A stretch of 64,000 bases of DNA from Felis catus (Eukaryota): contig NC_058382.1 in assembly GCF_018350175.1 (NCBI RefSeq), positions 58,096,001-58,160,000 on the forward strand, read 5' to 3'. Made by a program: the position numbers and the translations under genes. Shown piece by piece: positions 1-11,857 of the stretch. Numbering within the stretch: position 1 is the first letter of the stretch; each line of letters starts with the position of its first letter. The notes under the pieces are model-generated. The model saw nothing but the letters and a program-made list of their open reading frames with translations. It searched no databases and was not told the origin of the DNA.

Positions 1-1982
1 CTCGGGCACAGACCTCCGCCCCGCGGTCTCCGCATGGCTCCGGTCTCCCTTAAGTCGCGTTGGGATTTTCTCGTTCACGCTCCTCGCATGGTGGTTTGAT
101 CAGAATCCCTTGCTTCCTGACTCTCTCATCCTGGATATTCACAGACGGCCCCTGTTTGTTGTATTTATTATCCGGGATGCCACGGTACTCACCCGTTCGT
201 CTTTAAACGACCCCAATGGGGCGCCAGCACCCACCGCCCACCCGCCAAGACACGCCCTCCGCCTGGACGGGCCCCGCCCCCAGGGGACCACCCGCGTGCG
301 CGTCTCTAACCGCACACCTGTGTTTGCCCAAACCATGATGACGGTTTCCTGGCGGTTTGGGCCGCCTCTCGGCCGGCTGCCCTCCCCAGACTCCGCGGGT
401 CTCTCTGTGTGGTCGCCGCCCTGTGCTGCTCCTGCGTCCTCCGCGCGACCCCGTGTGCGCCCTCTCTCCGCCAGTGGTGCAGGGACGGTTTCTGGGCTTT
501 CCCGTCGTGGATGCGCAGGCGCCCGGGCCCGGCACACATCTGTCTCCCGAGTTAGCCTCAGCTGGGCCAGGGGGAACCAGGGCGCGTGGCTGGGGGAGGA
601 CGCTGCCCACCGATCCCGTTGTGTCCGTCTCGCTCCCACCGCACCAGCCGCGGAGACCCCGCCTGCTCGCCCATCTCGGCCCTTTCCCTGACGACTGTCC
701 CTCCTTGGGTGATGGGCCTGTGAGTGTAGAGTCCGGAGGGCTGCGCTGCGGGGCCTGCGGGACCCGGGCCGGGGGCAGTGAGTGGATCCCAGGCAGGCCG
801 TTTGGCTGGATGTGGGGGTGTGTGGGCGCCTGCGTTCTTATCCGGGGAGGGTCCTAAGAGCAGGTCCTGAGGCCGTATTTCTGTCCGCAAGAGCCCTCCG
901 AGGGGGTCCCTGTATGTGTCCCGCCTGTCACTGCCCAGAGAGGACTGAATCCTGAGACCCGTGCCAGCCCCCAGTGTGAGCCCACGCTGAAAGCGCTTGT
1001 TAGCAGGCCAGGGCGGGAGGAGACGGGCTGGTGGATGTGCGGAGTGCGTGGTGGGGACATCCGCCTCCAGGACAACCCCAGTGCCCACCCCTTTCTCTCC
1101 GTGATGTGCTCTGGGCAAGGGGCACAGCCCGATGACCAGGGGCACACGGGCCGCGCAGCCCTCTGAGGGATTCCCAGACCCTGGCAGAGGGGCACGCGGG
1201 CGGTGGGCGGGGCACGCAGCTGGTGGGCGGGGTGCCACGGGGAGCCACGCCCCCTGGCTCAGAGCGCTCAGAGCCCTGGACCAGTGTCTTCTGCTCCGTG
1301 CCTGTTCTTCCTCATCCGAGAGATGGGAACGAAGGCTAATTGGGGGAGGCGGGGGAGGCTGGCTTACAAGGGCAGACGTGGGTATCCACTGGGACGGAAG
1401 AGCGTTCAGTGCAGGTCTGGCCCCGAGTGCTGGCACGCGTGGGCTGGTGTCAGCGCCCCGGTCACCTGCCGCGCCTCTTCCAGGCGGCGTGGAGCATCCT
1501 GGAGGCTGCTTCCCCGCCCTGCCCCCTCCACCCAATCCCGCCTCGGTTCTGGGTAATATCCGGCAAAACTTGACCCTTGGGGACTCTCCCCTCCCCCCGC
1601 GGGCACACACAGGGCCAGACCCGGGCCTTGGGCTGCATGGGGTAGGGCAGGGGCCCAAGGCCCCCGTCTGCCAGCTGCTCCTGTCAGGCTGCAGCCCTGC
1701 CCGGAAGGGGGTGGGCAGCTTCACAGCCAGAGACCTGCCAGGAGCGCAGTCCTGGAGCAGGCCCCTCCCCGGGAGGCCGCTGAGGCTGCTCAGAAACGTG
1801 ACAGTGACTAATGGTTTATTACGCACCTGCCACCTCTCATCGGGCGCGCAGGCACAGCCCCCGGGTCCAGCTGTGCACTGCCAGCTGGATGGCGGGCAGG
1901 CACCGGGGGTGAGCGCGTGCAGACACCTGGATACGGGAGCAGGGACGCACAGGAGCGGACCCAGACCCAGCAACTACGGCGC

Positions 1983-2112
1983 ACACAAGGGGCCGCACGC
2001 AGGCACGTACATATAGATCCGTGCGCACAAGGGACCGCACGCAGGCACGTGCGTACAGATCCGTGCGCACAAGGGTACGCACGGAGGCACGTGCGTACAG
2101 ATCCGTGCGCAC
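1983..2112. repeat. 42-bp minisatellite, 3 copies plus a partial
   Basis: Unit gcacaagggaccgcacgcaggcacgtgcgtacagatccgtgc starts at 1983, 2025 and 2067, with a partial at 2109. The ORF track shows the matching 14-aa periodicity. Confidence 0.9.
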
Positions 2113-2190
2113 CCACGGACCCCGGGCCTCTCTTACACGAGCATGTAAACACGCGTCGTAGACACACACGTACAGAATACACATCCCTAT

Positions 2191-2191
<1 letters not shown>

Positions 2192-2226
<35 letters not shown>

Positions 2227-2233
2227 ATACACA
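2192..2233. repeat. (CA)n microsatellite
   Basis: Direct CA run with a degenerate catacacatacac tail. Confidence 0.95.
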
Positions 2234-3122
2234 CCACTTCCTCTCTCCAGAGCTCTGAACCCCTGCCCCCCCAACTGTCTGTCCCTGCCCCCTCATGGTG
2301 GCTTCCCCCCAGTGCTCCCTGGGGCAGGGGCCTTTCCCAGAAGGTCTAGGCGGCTACGGGCAGGTCAAAGGCGTGCATCTATTGCCTTGAGGGGCATCTA
2401 CCCATCGCAGTCCGTTTCTGAGCCTCGGCTCCCTGCAAACAGCCCGTGTGCCAGGAGGGGAGGCTGTCACCGCAGGAACCCTGGCGCCAGGTGACTGGGC
2501 TGAGTGCCCCCAGGGACACGGGTGGCCACCCTGCTTTGTTCTCTCCCAGAGGCGGATGCTGCATGCTTCCGAGTGACCCCCAGGATGTGGTCATTTGCTG
2601 ACTGTCGGGAGTTTAGCTGTGGGGTTGCAAGGGAAGCGGGGACCTCAGGCCAGGATTCCTCAGGCGGGCAAGGAGTCTCCAGCCGGTGGGAGAAGGGCAC
2701 AGCCGAAACCCGGCCACGAGGCAGCCTTCCTCGTAGGGTGACGAGCCCCCAGGCTCAGCTCTGCCCGAGATTGTTCAGCCTGTAGCCCAGGCTGTGCTGT
2801 CTGCGTGTGGTAGAAACTCCAGCGAGAGGCTGCTCCCAGTTCAGCACGAACGGATGGGAACAGGCATTCCGGAACAATTATCATTGTGCCGCCGCGGCCT
2901 CCTTGGGAGAGAACGGCACGATCTGCTGATGAGCGAGGGTGTGGCTTGTCGTCCGAGACCCAGGTCCAGGTTTCCGAGTCAGCGCTGCGCTTCCCAGCCG
3001 TGGAGGCTGCGCAAGGTTCAGAACCTTCCCAAAGCGTAGCCGCCCCAGCTGCGAGTAGTTCGTGGTAGAAATGAGGTCTTCCTGTAGCAGGATGTCGGTG
3101 GGATGGATATCGAGGAGCCGGC

Positions 3123-3262
3123 CAGGGTTGCCATGCAAGGCTGTGCAGGTTGCACACTGCACAACTCCAGGGTGTGCCATTCTCTTTGTGTCTCTGTGAA
3201 TGTGCTCTCTGTGTGGTCATCCTGTGCAGCCCCATCGTACAGCTAAGTGGTGGCCGCGTGGA
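3123..3262. mobile_element. MER91-like non-autonomous hAT DNA transposon
   Basis: cagggttgccatgcaaggctgtgcaggttgcacactgcacaactccaggg...gtgaatg resembles the MER91 consensus as recalled. Confidence 0.6.
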
Positions 3263-3720
3263 CCCTAGGTGTCCTTTCCCAGCTGCGGAACGGCTTCTAA
3301 AGTAGCTCCTAGTATCTTTATTAACAGAGACAATGGAAGTCACAGACCCCTCTCCTGGAGTTGCCGCGGGGGCGCAGGAGACAAGGCCCCGATTGACTCT
3401 CCAGCGACAGCCGTGTTCCCAGGGCTCCTCTCTTCCTCACTCGCCACGTCGGGGGGCCGGGCCGCATCGCAGGTGGTCTCTGGGTTCCTTCTGTCCCCAG
3501 AGCTGCGGCTGTCCTCCCACCCAGAAAGCCTCCACTCGCATTACTCCGGGCTTTGGGGACCCCGGTTCGTGGGGCAGGGGCGAGCAGGAACGGGGCTGCG
3601 GGGTGGGAGGGTCAGCGAGCGTATCTCACACCCCCCTGGCCCCTGGGTCGGCCCAGCAGGTGCCCGACCTCTCCCTGTTCTCATGACCCACCAGGGCGGT
3701 GGCGTATCTTGGAAGAGGTC

Positions 3721-4182
3721 TGTCTGACCTCGTTCCTGCTGCTGCCGTTCGGGGACGACCACCGACTTACGTCTCCAGAGAGCACACGCGTACCGCCTTG
3801 CAGCCTGGAGGCCAGGAGTCCAACGTGGGTCTCTCTGGCCTGAAAGTGAGGAGTGGGCAGGGCTGCGTTCCCTCTGGCGGCTCCAGGGGAGAATCCTCTT
3901 CCTGGCCCTTTCCGGCTTCGGGAAGCTGTGCGGATTCCCCAGCTCACGGCCCCTCCTCCACCTGCACAGCGGGCCACGCCGTGTCTCTGCTTCTGCAGGC
4001 ACGTCTCTGCCGCCTTCTTCCACCCGTGAGGGCCTCGTGTAACCACAGGATAATCCAGGGTGCTCTCTGTCCCCAGGTCTCCCTTACTTCCCCTTTGCCG
4101 TGTGAGGGACCCTTGGGCAGATTGACGGGTTCCAGGAAATAGGACATAGACGTCTTTCGGGGCCACGATCCGCCCGATCACA
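3721..4182 (-). mobile_element. MLT1 (MaLR) solo LTR, MLT1D-like
   Basis: Diagnostic blocks ctggaggccaggagtcc, ggcagggctgcgttcc, ggggagaatcc, ggataatccagggt and ggttccaggaaataggacat. Confidence 0.8.
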
Positions 4183-6184
4183 AAGTCACTCGTAAAATCG
4201 TTGGGGCACACCCGCCTGCGGGCGCCGTTACAGATGACCCTGAGCCCGTTGTGGTTCCCGGCTGGGGGATACCGGGTCCCGGTTTCCCTCTCGCCTGTGT
4301 CTCTGCCGCCTCTTGGCTTCTAGAATGCTCTGATGCCATCTCCAGCGGACGCGGGCAGGAGAACACATAGGAGGAAACACTGGATGCTCCCTCACCTTGG
4401 CCTTGAGGGGACCCACGTCTCTTCCCGTTGGCCTGAACCAGTTCCCACCACATCCGGGTGCCAAGGGGGCCAGACGGTGACGACAGCCCGCTGCAGGAGG
4501 GGCCGGGCGCCGTTGAGGGCTCACTGGTCATGTGTGCCCCAGCCGCACGCTGCACCGGGCTCCGAGAGCTTGGGGCCGAGCCTTGCCGGTCCCCCGGACG
4601 CCCTCCCCGGGTCCCTGTGTGCTTTCGGGGCAGGGCTGGGCGTCTTCCTGTCCTTGCAGGGGCGGGGATGGGAAGCCTGGCCCCTTGGCTTCCAGCAAAA
4701 GACACATCTTACCCTCGGGGGCTTCACCTGGAGTGGGCTCCTGCCTCCTCCTCCACTCCCTACTCCCGCCTTCTCCCTCGTCCCCCTGGGTGCTGTGCCT
4801 CGGAGAGCACTGGCACACACGTCCTTAACTCCTTTTCCGCTTCCAAGAAACCACCTGGGATGGCACATTTCCCGGGACCGTCTTGCTCAGCCTTGTCTGT
4901 GCAAACGGCAGGAAAATGCACGCTCACCTCTGCTCCCCTCTCTCTCTACCACCTCCCCCCCCCCACCAGGGACACTGGGCAGCTTTGCTTTGCATGCAGG
5001 TGCTGGGGCTCACCCAGCTCTCCCGGGAAGGATGCCCTTCAGAAGTCAGGCCGAGGGCCCGAAAGAAGGAAGCCAGTGGAGAATCAGGCGGGGTCCTAGG
5101 AGCTGAGCCCCTCAGGCCCGGGCTGAGTCCCCGCAGTAGGGAGAGCCGAGGGGAACATAGCCCTGTGACTTGCCTGAAAGTTGAATGTACGTAGGTGCCC
5201 GCCGTGGGGCTGGTTAATTTTGGGGGTTCCTGCTCTCTAGGTACAAATCCCAGCCCGTGGTACCAGGCAGACGGCCTCCCCGTAACCCGGCTGTGTCCCT
5301 GCGAGTGCCCACAGGAACACCCGAGCTGGCCCCAGCCCCCCTCCCCCCCCACCCCTGCAGAGAGCACCTGGTGGCCACCTGAAGTCCTGGCCCCACAAAG
5401 GCCTTTGTCTCTTGGTTGGGCAAATGCGCTCCCGGCAGCAAGGCAGGGCCTTCCACTTGGGGACTTGGCTCAGGCCCTGAGAAGTGCTTGGCAGGCCTTG
5501 CTCGGGGCGGGTGGTGGTGCCGAGTGCTTTGACAGAGGACTCGGGGGACTGTGCCCCAGCTGCCAAGTGGCAGCCGCTCGGAGCGCCCAGGGGCCGGCTC
5601 GGCCGCTGCTTCTCCAGCCCTGCCCGCCCCCGCTTGCCGGCTGCGATGGCAAGGCCCCCGTCTGGCAGCCCGAGGCCCTCCCGAAGCCCTCACCTCTCTC
5701 CCTTCCCTTGTGGGGCCCCGGCCAAGCTGGGATCCGAAGTCTGTTTTCTCTGCGACAAGCCGCGTGTTTATTTTCTTGGGAATTCGGGTAACGCCGGGGA
5801 GCTCAGAGCCTGCAAGTCGGGGCAGGAGGTTGAGGAAGCCAGGCCGCCTTGAGGGGCCCTTTGCTGGTGGCTTCCTGTCTCCCCGGGAGCGTCTCTGAAT
5901 CCTTCGCGGGGACTCACCCCCGCGGGCCTGCAGACCCCTCTCTCTGTTGCTCGGTGGCTTACCCAGGGTGCTTGGGGACTGCAGCCACCAGTTTGCTACT
6001 GTATAGGTTCGTGTGGCTCAAAGAGCATCATTTCCAAGCCTCGCCGTGCCCCACACCGACTTGCACCCGTGCCCTGATTCAGAGCCGAAACCGCGTGAAG
6101 ACTGGGCGTCTCTCCCAGCAGACCTTTGCTCGTGTCTTCACCATTGCCTGTCCTGCACATCTGCACTGTCATTTACGTGTGTGC

Positions 6185-6420
6185 ATTTGTTCACAGACAT
6201 TTATTGAGCGCCCACCGCATGCCGAAGACCGTGTTGGGCAAAACGTGTGACGCCAGCTGGTGTTAGGTGCCGTGAGGAAAAGGAGGGCAGGGGGACCCAG
6301 GGAGGTGACAGCTGCAGCTTTAGGCAGGGTAGACACAGAAGGCCTTGTTGAGGCGGTGATGTCGGGCAGAGAGTTCCAGGCCACCGGGAGAGCAAGTGCA
6401 AAGGTCCTGGGGCAGCCTGT
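6185..6420 (-). mobile_element. L2 LINE 3' fragment
   Basis: catttattgagcgcc...tgcc, then gaaggcctt...gaggcggtga and gcaagtgcaaaggtcctgggg, all typical L2 3' motifs. Confidence 0.7.
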
Positions 6421-6737
6421 GCGCAGCACACTTGCCCTCTTTGTGGGACCACGTGTTACTGTCTGTCGTCTTTCGCGCTCCTGAAACTGGCACAGTGCAC
6501 GTAATAGGTGCTCCGTAGACATTTGTCAATACAAATGTCTGATACGAGGTTTCAAGTCAGCTAGTGCCGGGGACCCGGACGGGGGAACGTAACGAGAAAA
6601 TGTGATTCTTGTATGCCTAGGGGGCATACATCTCCTCAGGCTTCCTGGACTGGGGGTTGATGTTCCAAGCAGGTTCTTACTCCGTTCCAGAACCTCTCTT
6701 CCCTCTCAGGGTGCTGCTCTAAACTATAAAATTCTAT

Positions 6738-6964
6738 GGGGCGCCTGGGTGGCTTAGTCGATTAAGCGTCCGACTTCGGCTCAGGTCATGATCTCGTGGC
6801 TCGTGGGTTCGAGCCCTGCATCTGGCTCTGTGCTGACAGCTCAGAGCCTGGAGCGAGCTCTGTATTCTGTGTCTCCCTCTCTCTCTGTTCCTCTGCCACT
6901 CATGTTCTCTCTCTCTCTCTCTATCTCTCAAAAATAAATACACATTAAAAAAAATTTTTTTAAA
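6738..6964 (+). mobile_element. Feline Can-SINE (SINEC_Fc-like), full length
   Basis: tRNA-derived head with A and B boxes, CT stretch and A tail. Perfect 17-bp TSD taaactataaaattcta at 6720-6736 and 6965-6981. Confidence 0.97.
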
Positions 6965-7179
6965 TAAACTATAAAATTCTAGGGACCACTGGTGGCCTTT
7001 CCAGAGGTTTGACATGTTGGGGCCAAGGACACTAGGTCACCTGCACATGATTGGTTCTTTCTCCCCCTTGAACTCGGATGACTGAGAAGCTGTGAGCTCC
7101 CTGGGTCAAACACACAGAAGAGCGTTTAATGAGCAGCTACTATACGTCAGGTGCTGTGAGTCTAGGGAGTTATCTTCCT

Positions 7180-7564
7180 GGTCGTACAACTTCCCTGCAG
7201 CTACAGTGACACATGACCGTGAACTCAGGTTTGTTACCTTCCAGCCGGGAGGTCGGAGGCACGGGCAGGTTGCTTCCTTCGGGCGGCTGTAGTCCTTGGC
7301 TCATGGCTCCCTGGCCACATCACCGCAATCTCTTCTGTCCTCAGGTCGGCTCCCATGCACCTGTGCCCCCCTCTCACAAAGACCCTCGTGATTGAATTGC
7401 CCCCCCCCCCCCCCCGCCCGGATCATCCAGGGTCATCTGTCTGTTTCAGGGCCATTAGCTTAATCACATCTGCAAAGTTCCTTTTGCCAAGTGACGTGAT
7501 ACATTGACAGGTTCCAGGGATTAGAACACGCCCGTCTTTGGGGGGCCATTATTTGACCTGCCAC
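7180..7564 (-). mobile_element. MLT1 solo LTR (MLT1C/D-like)
   Basis: cttaatcacatctgcaaagttccttttgcca...acaggttccagggattagaac...tctttgggggccattatt. Confidence 0.8.
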
Positions 7565-9739
7565 GCCAGCCGCTGTGGCTGGGCTGAGCTGGCCGTGTAC
7601 GGCTGTGGGGCATGGGGCGCAAGCTCTCGACTGGAGAATGGGCAGGCTGGTGGGGACTGCGGCGGCCTGCGGGGATTTACTGGGCGCTGACTCTATGCCA
7701 GGCACCCCTGTGGGCGCTTTGCCAGGACCGGCCCCTCAGGCTTCGTGGCCACGCCCCAGGGGGACCCGAGACAGCCCGGCTCAGCCCCAGCAGGTGCACC
7801 AGGGGTCTCCCTGGGCCACTTTCTTCCTCTGGAACGAGAGGATGATGACAGGACCTTTCTCACGGGGCTGTTGCTGTGAAGGCGACCTGAGTTAGTAAGC
7901 TCCGCCTTTAGAATGGGGAATGGGAGCCCTCGGGGGTGCTCTCACCAGCCCGGCCGGGAAGCGTCCCGGAAGGGGCTGGATTCCCACCCATTCCAGGATG
8001 GTCTCGGTGCAGTTTGGTGTTTTCTCAGGTGGGGGCACAGCTAAGCCCTGGAAACGCGGCCAAAGCCACAGCCCTGGGGCGGGTGGCTTCCTGCCCCGGC
8101 CCCCAGGCCGCCCTGGAATCCCCCTCAGAGTCCCCCCACCCCGCCCCAGGGACTCCTGCCTCTGCTCCTCCACGGCCCTTCCTCCCCACCAGGGCTGGAC
8201 CCTCCTCGGCTGCAGCATCGTCCCTGTGTCCCCTCCCCGTCCACGGGGCACCCGCCGAGGCCTGAGGTCCCGAGTCGAGGGCACCGGCCTGCACCCCTTC
8301 CTTCGGCCTGGGCTACACCGTCCTTGGCCCCTGTCTCCCTGCCATCTGCCCTTGGCGTTCCTGACCTCTGGGAACGCGGCCACACGAACGGCTCCTTGTG
8401 CCTGGAGCGTGCCAAGCACACCGCGGGGACTTGGCGCGCAGTAGGGGCTCAGAATAGATGCTGAACCTGAATGAGCAAGGGTGACCTTGGGGGGCACTGG
8501 GACCCCCGTGGGATCCGGGGTCTTGTCTGCTCCCCGGGACACGGCCATAAGTACGTTGGCCCGCCGGGTCCGCTCGGAGAAGCCCGGGGCCCGAGTCTGC
8601 AGAGGGAAAGCAGAAAGTGGCGACCACGCTCCCGCCACCCTCCTCCCTCCAGAGCTCTGTGTGCAGCCCGAGGGGGCGTGTGCCAGGGCGGGCCGGGGCC
8701 TGGGAGGGCCGGAGGAGGGAGGGCCTGTGCTCGTGTCGCGGCTCGCTGGGCAGCTCGAGCACGCGCGCTCTCTCCCCACGGACTTTTTTTCCAGAGTCTG
8801 CTCCCGAAACTGAATTGCAGAGCTGAGAGCCTGGCCCTGCTCCTCCTGGCCCTGAGGCTCCGCACCCCTCCCGTCCCCTCTCGTCCCTCCCCCAGGCCGA
8901 AGGTTGCTGCTCGGGCCGGGGTGGGGAGGGTCAGGGGCTGGGACAGGCAGTCCTCATGGACCAGAAGAGCCCCAAGTGGAAAGTGCTGCTCCCGGGTGAG
9001 TCCCCCAGGGTCGGCCCCGTGCATGAGCAGGGCCCAGGGGACTGATGTAATGTCCCCAGGGGCCAGAGCGGTGACCCCAGTCAGGGCCCAGGGGCCCAAG
9101 GGCAAACGCTGGAATCCTGAGGGGGTGTAGCAGGGCACCGAGGCGTGGCAGCAGGTACCCTAGCCGCCCGGGGCCTCCCCCGGTGTGTGCTCGATGCCCC
9201 TGCCCCGGGCACCCCCTCTTCCCCATGCCAGCTCTGGCCACTTGAGAGGAAGCACAGAGGAAGGTCCCTGAACCCTCCCCTCCCTTCCTTCAGAGGAGGG
9301 AGCACCCGGATGCCCAGGACGGGGCCAGGTCTAGAACCCGAGCCACCTCCTGCTTCCGGAAGGAAGTGGGAGGAAAAGGGGGAGGGGTCGGGATGCGAGC
9401 CAGGCGGATCCAGAAGGCCGAGGGCACATGCGTGGTTGGGGCTCAGTCTCCAGGAGATTCCGGGAGGGACAGGCGTGCATGGCACAGGTGATGCCAAAGC
9501 CCTGGAGCTCCCGTTCCCGTACCCGGTGGGGTGTGAGTGCTTCTCGTCACCTCCCCTCCCCTCTCATCACGGCCAGCCTTGGGGGCAGCACGGACGTCTT
9601 GCGGGACCCCCAGCTGGCAGGTGGGAGGAGGCACAGACTCCGGGCCTGACCCTGCGCACCCTGGGCTGGATTCGGTCTGATCCAGGAGGAACGCACGGAC
9701 AGGCACACTCCCCTGCTCGTCTGTAGATCGGCTGGCCGG

Positions 9740-9860
9740 CTGTGCGGTAGTGATCTCCCCGACCCTGATAGTATTCAAGCGGAGCCCCCCAAACCGGTTG
9801 GAGAGTTGAGGAAGGGCAGCGATCAGATGGGACGCTCTCAGATTCCAGGTCCCTTCTCCT
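9740..9860 (+). mobile_element. L3/CR1-like 3' fragment
   Basis: gtagtgatctccccg...gtattcaagc...aggtcccttc resembles the L3 3' end. Confidence 0.45.
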
Positions 9861-11287
9861 CCGTGCACCTTGTCTGTGCGACAGGAAGGGCCATAGCAGG
9901 TGGCGTTTAGCGAGCACCTACTGTATACCAAGGCTGTCTGCCCACGTGGCAGGCGCCAGTTCACAGAATCCTCACAGCGCGCGGTGAGGTAGGCACTGTT
10001 CTCCCTCCCTCCCGGCACAGCTCAGCCCCGCCTCTTCCAGGAAGCCTTCCGCGATTGCTCCGTCCCCAGACCCTGTCTTTTTCTGTCGTGGGAAGGGACC
10101 TCACTTGGCTTCTGCTGGGTCTAAACCGGGGCACTGTGAGAGCAGAGGCGGTGGTGTTACTTCTTGCGTGGGATGTTAGGGGGGAAACCAGGGCTGTCCC
10201 GGGCAAACCAGGACATATGGCTGCTCAGCTTGTAACATAATCACTGGCTGTTGGGGTGTCGCTTTTTCTGGTTCTTTCTCGCTGTTATTTCAAACAAAAG
10301 ACAGAAACGGGAAGGGGAAGGAGGGAGAGGAACGAGCGAAAGGCACAGGCTCTTGGGTCTGCTCCTCTCTGAAGGAGTCTCAGTTTCCTCATCTGCAAAG
10401 CGGGGGTGCTGGCCGCAGCTGCTGAGAGGGTCGCGGGGAGGAGTGGGTGAGGCAAAGCGCGTAGCCAACGTTCGGTGACAGTGTCGTCGTCGCTGGCAAG
10501 TGTCCCGCCTCTACCTGTGTCCCTCTGGCACCGACCCGGTGCCCGGGAGGGTCTGTCGTGTGCTTCTTGCCGGCCGCCTAGAAGAGGCTCTGCAAACACA
10601 GGTGCTCAGCAAACCTTTCTAGGATGGGTGGGTGGATAGTAGAGGATGAGCAGGTGGCGGGACGCGTGACTGATGGAGAACGGCTAGGTCTCCTCTCCTC
10701 CCCGGCCGCCTGGGGCGGTGTGACCGTGGTCCTGCCCCCGTGGCCCCCGTGGTCACCCACCGCCAAGGCAGGGCCAGGCTCCTCCGCACCTCCTCCGTTA
10801 GGCCCTGGCCGCCTCCCTCCCCACCTCCGGGCACCATCAGGACGGGCCAGTTGAGTGGGTTTCCAGGCCTCGTCACCCCGGCCGTGTGTGACCGTGTGCA
10901 ACCGTGTGCGTGTATGATTCCGAGTTTGTGGGTGTGCGCGTGCCCAGCAGGCCCAGCGGGCGCGGTGGCCCCTGTGGCTTCGGGCCGAGGGAACGAGTGA
11001 GACGGCGGCTGTGGCGACCAGCCAGGCCTGCCGTCCCGGAGGGTGTGAGGACGAGGTCGCGACACACGTCTGACCTGCTGGCTTGGGGGCGGGCTGTGCA
11101 GGAGAAGGCCCAGGAGGCCAGCTTCTGGGACCCCAGCCCCCTCCTGCCGGGCGGCCCTCTGCCACCAAGCTGGAGGCCAGGACAGACGCACAGAGTCCCT
11201 CCACCCCTTCGCCTCGGTGACGGTGGCACCACGGTTTCCCTTACGGGGGCCGAGAGACCGTCCCAGGCACCCCTCGCTCCCCAGACG

Positions 11288-11395
11288 TGGTGTGAAAAGT
11301 GGAGCTCCGGACCCGGCCGGCCTGGGTTCGAATCCCGGCACTGCCACTTAGAGCTGTGTGCCCTGAACGAGCGGCCTGCCCTCTCTGGGCCGCTG
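11288..11395 (+). mobile_element. MIR SINE 5' part
   Basis: gcctgggttcgaatcccggcactgccacttagagctgtgtg (B box and start of core). Confidence 0.85.
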
Positions 11396-11798
11396 CCTGG
11401 TGTAAACCCCACGGGTGGGGGCTGCAAGGGGGGGGGGGTCAGGGTGTGAGGCCCTCGGGACCACCCAGCTCGGCCACGTGGACGGTCAGCACCCTGCTTG
11501 TCACTGCCCCCTTGTCTTTGCCGTTGTCTGGAAGCATCTGAGCCGTGTCACCTCCCGCTCCACCCACAGCCCACCTCCTCCAGGTGGGGAGAAGGGCAGG
11601 AAACTCAACACCCCGACTGGGCCAGGGAGGACCCCCTGGGACCCTCACTGGGCCTGGGGTGGGGGGCAGCCCACAAGTGAGACCCGGCTCCCTTTTCTGG
11701 AACGGAGTAAGTGCTCAGAAACGGCTGCAAGACATCCTGGGGCCAGCCCCTGGCCTCTGCTCCTCTCTCCCCCTCACCCAGTGAGGTACAGGAAGGGC

Positions 11799-11857
11799 AG
11801 GAGCATTTATTAAGCACCAGCTGCGTGGGGAAGGAGCATTTATTAAGCAGCAGCTGC
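11799..11857. repeat. Local tandem duplication (26-bp unit, 33-bp period)
   Basis: aggagcatttattaagca(c/g)cagctgc at 11799-11824 and 11832-11857. Confidence 0.85.

Noticed and set aside
558..1973. 471-aa ORF and the many other 60-320 aa ORFs in the track
   Set aside because: Pro/Gly/Arg/Ala-rich translations with no recognisable domain, overlapping in all six frames, many with non-ATG starts or running through SINEs and microsatellites. This is what stop-codon scarcity in GC-rich DNA produces.
1983..2112. Regularly spaced repeats as a CRISPR array
   Set aside because: Units are contiguous with no unique spacers, there are no cas genes, and the DNA is mammalian.
6738..6820. tRNA-like A/B boxes (also at 11322-11340 and other SINE heads)
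   Set aside because: These are tRNA-derived heads of Can-SINE and MIR elements, not tRNA genes.
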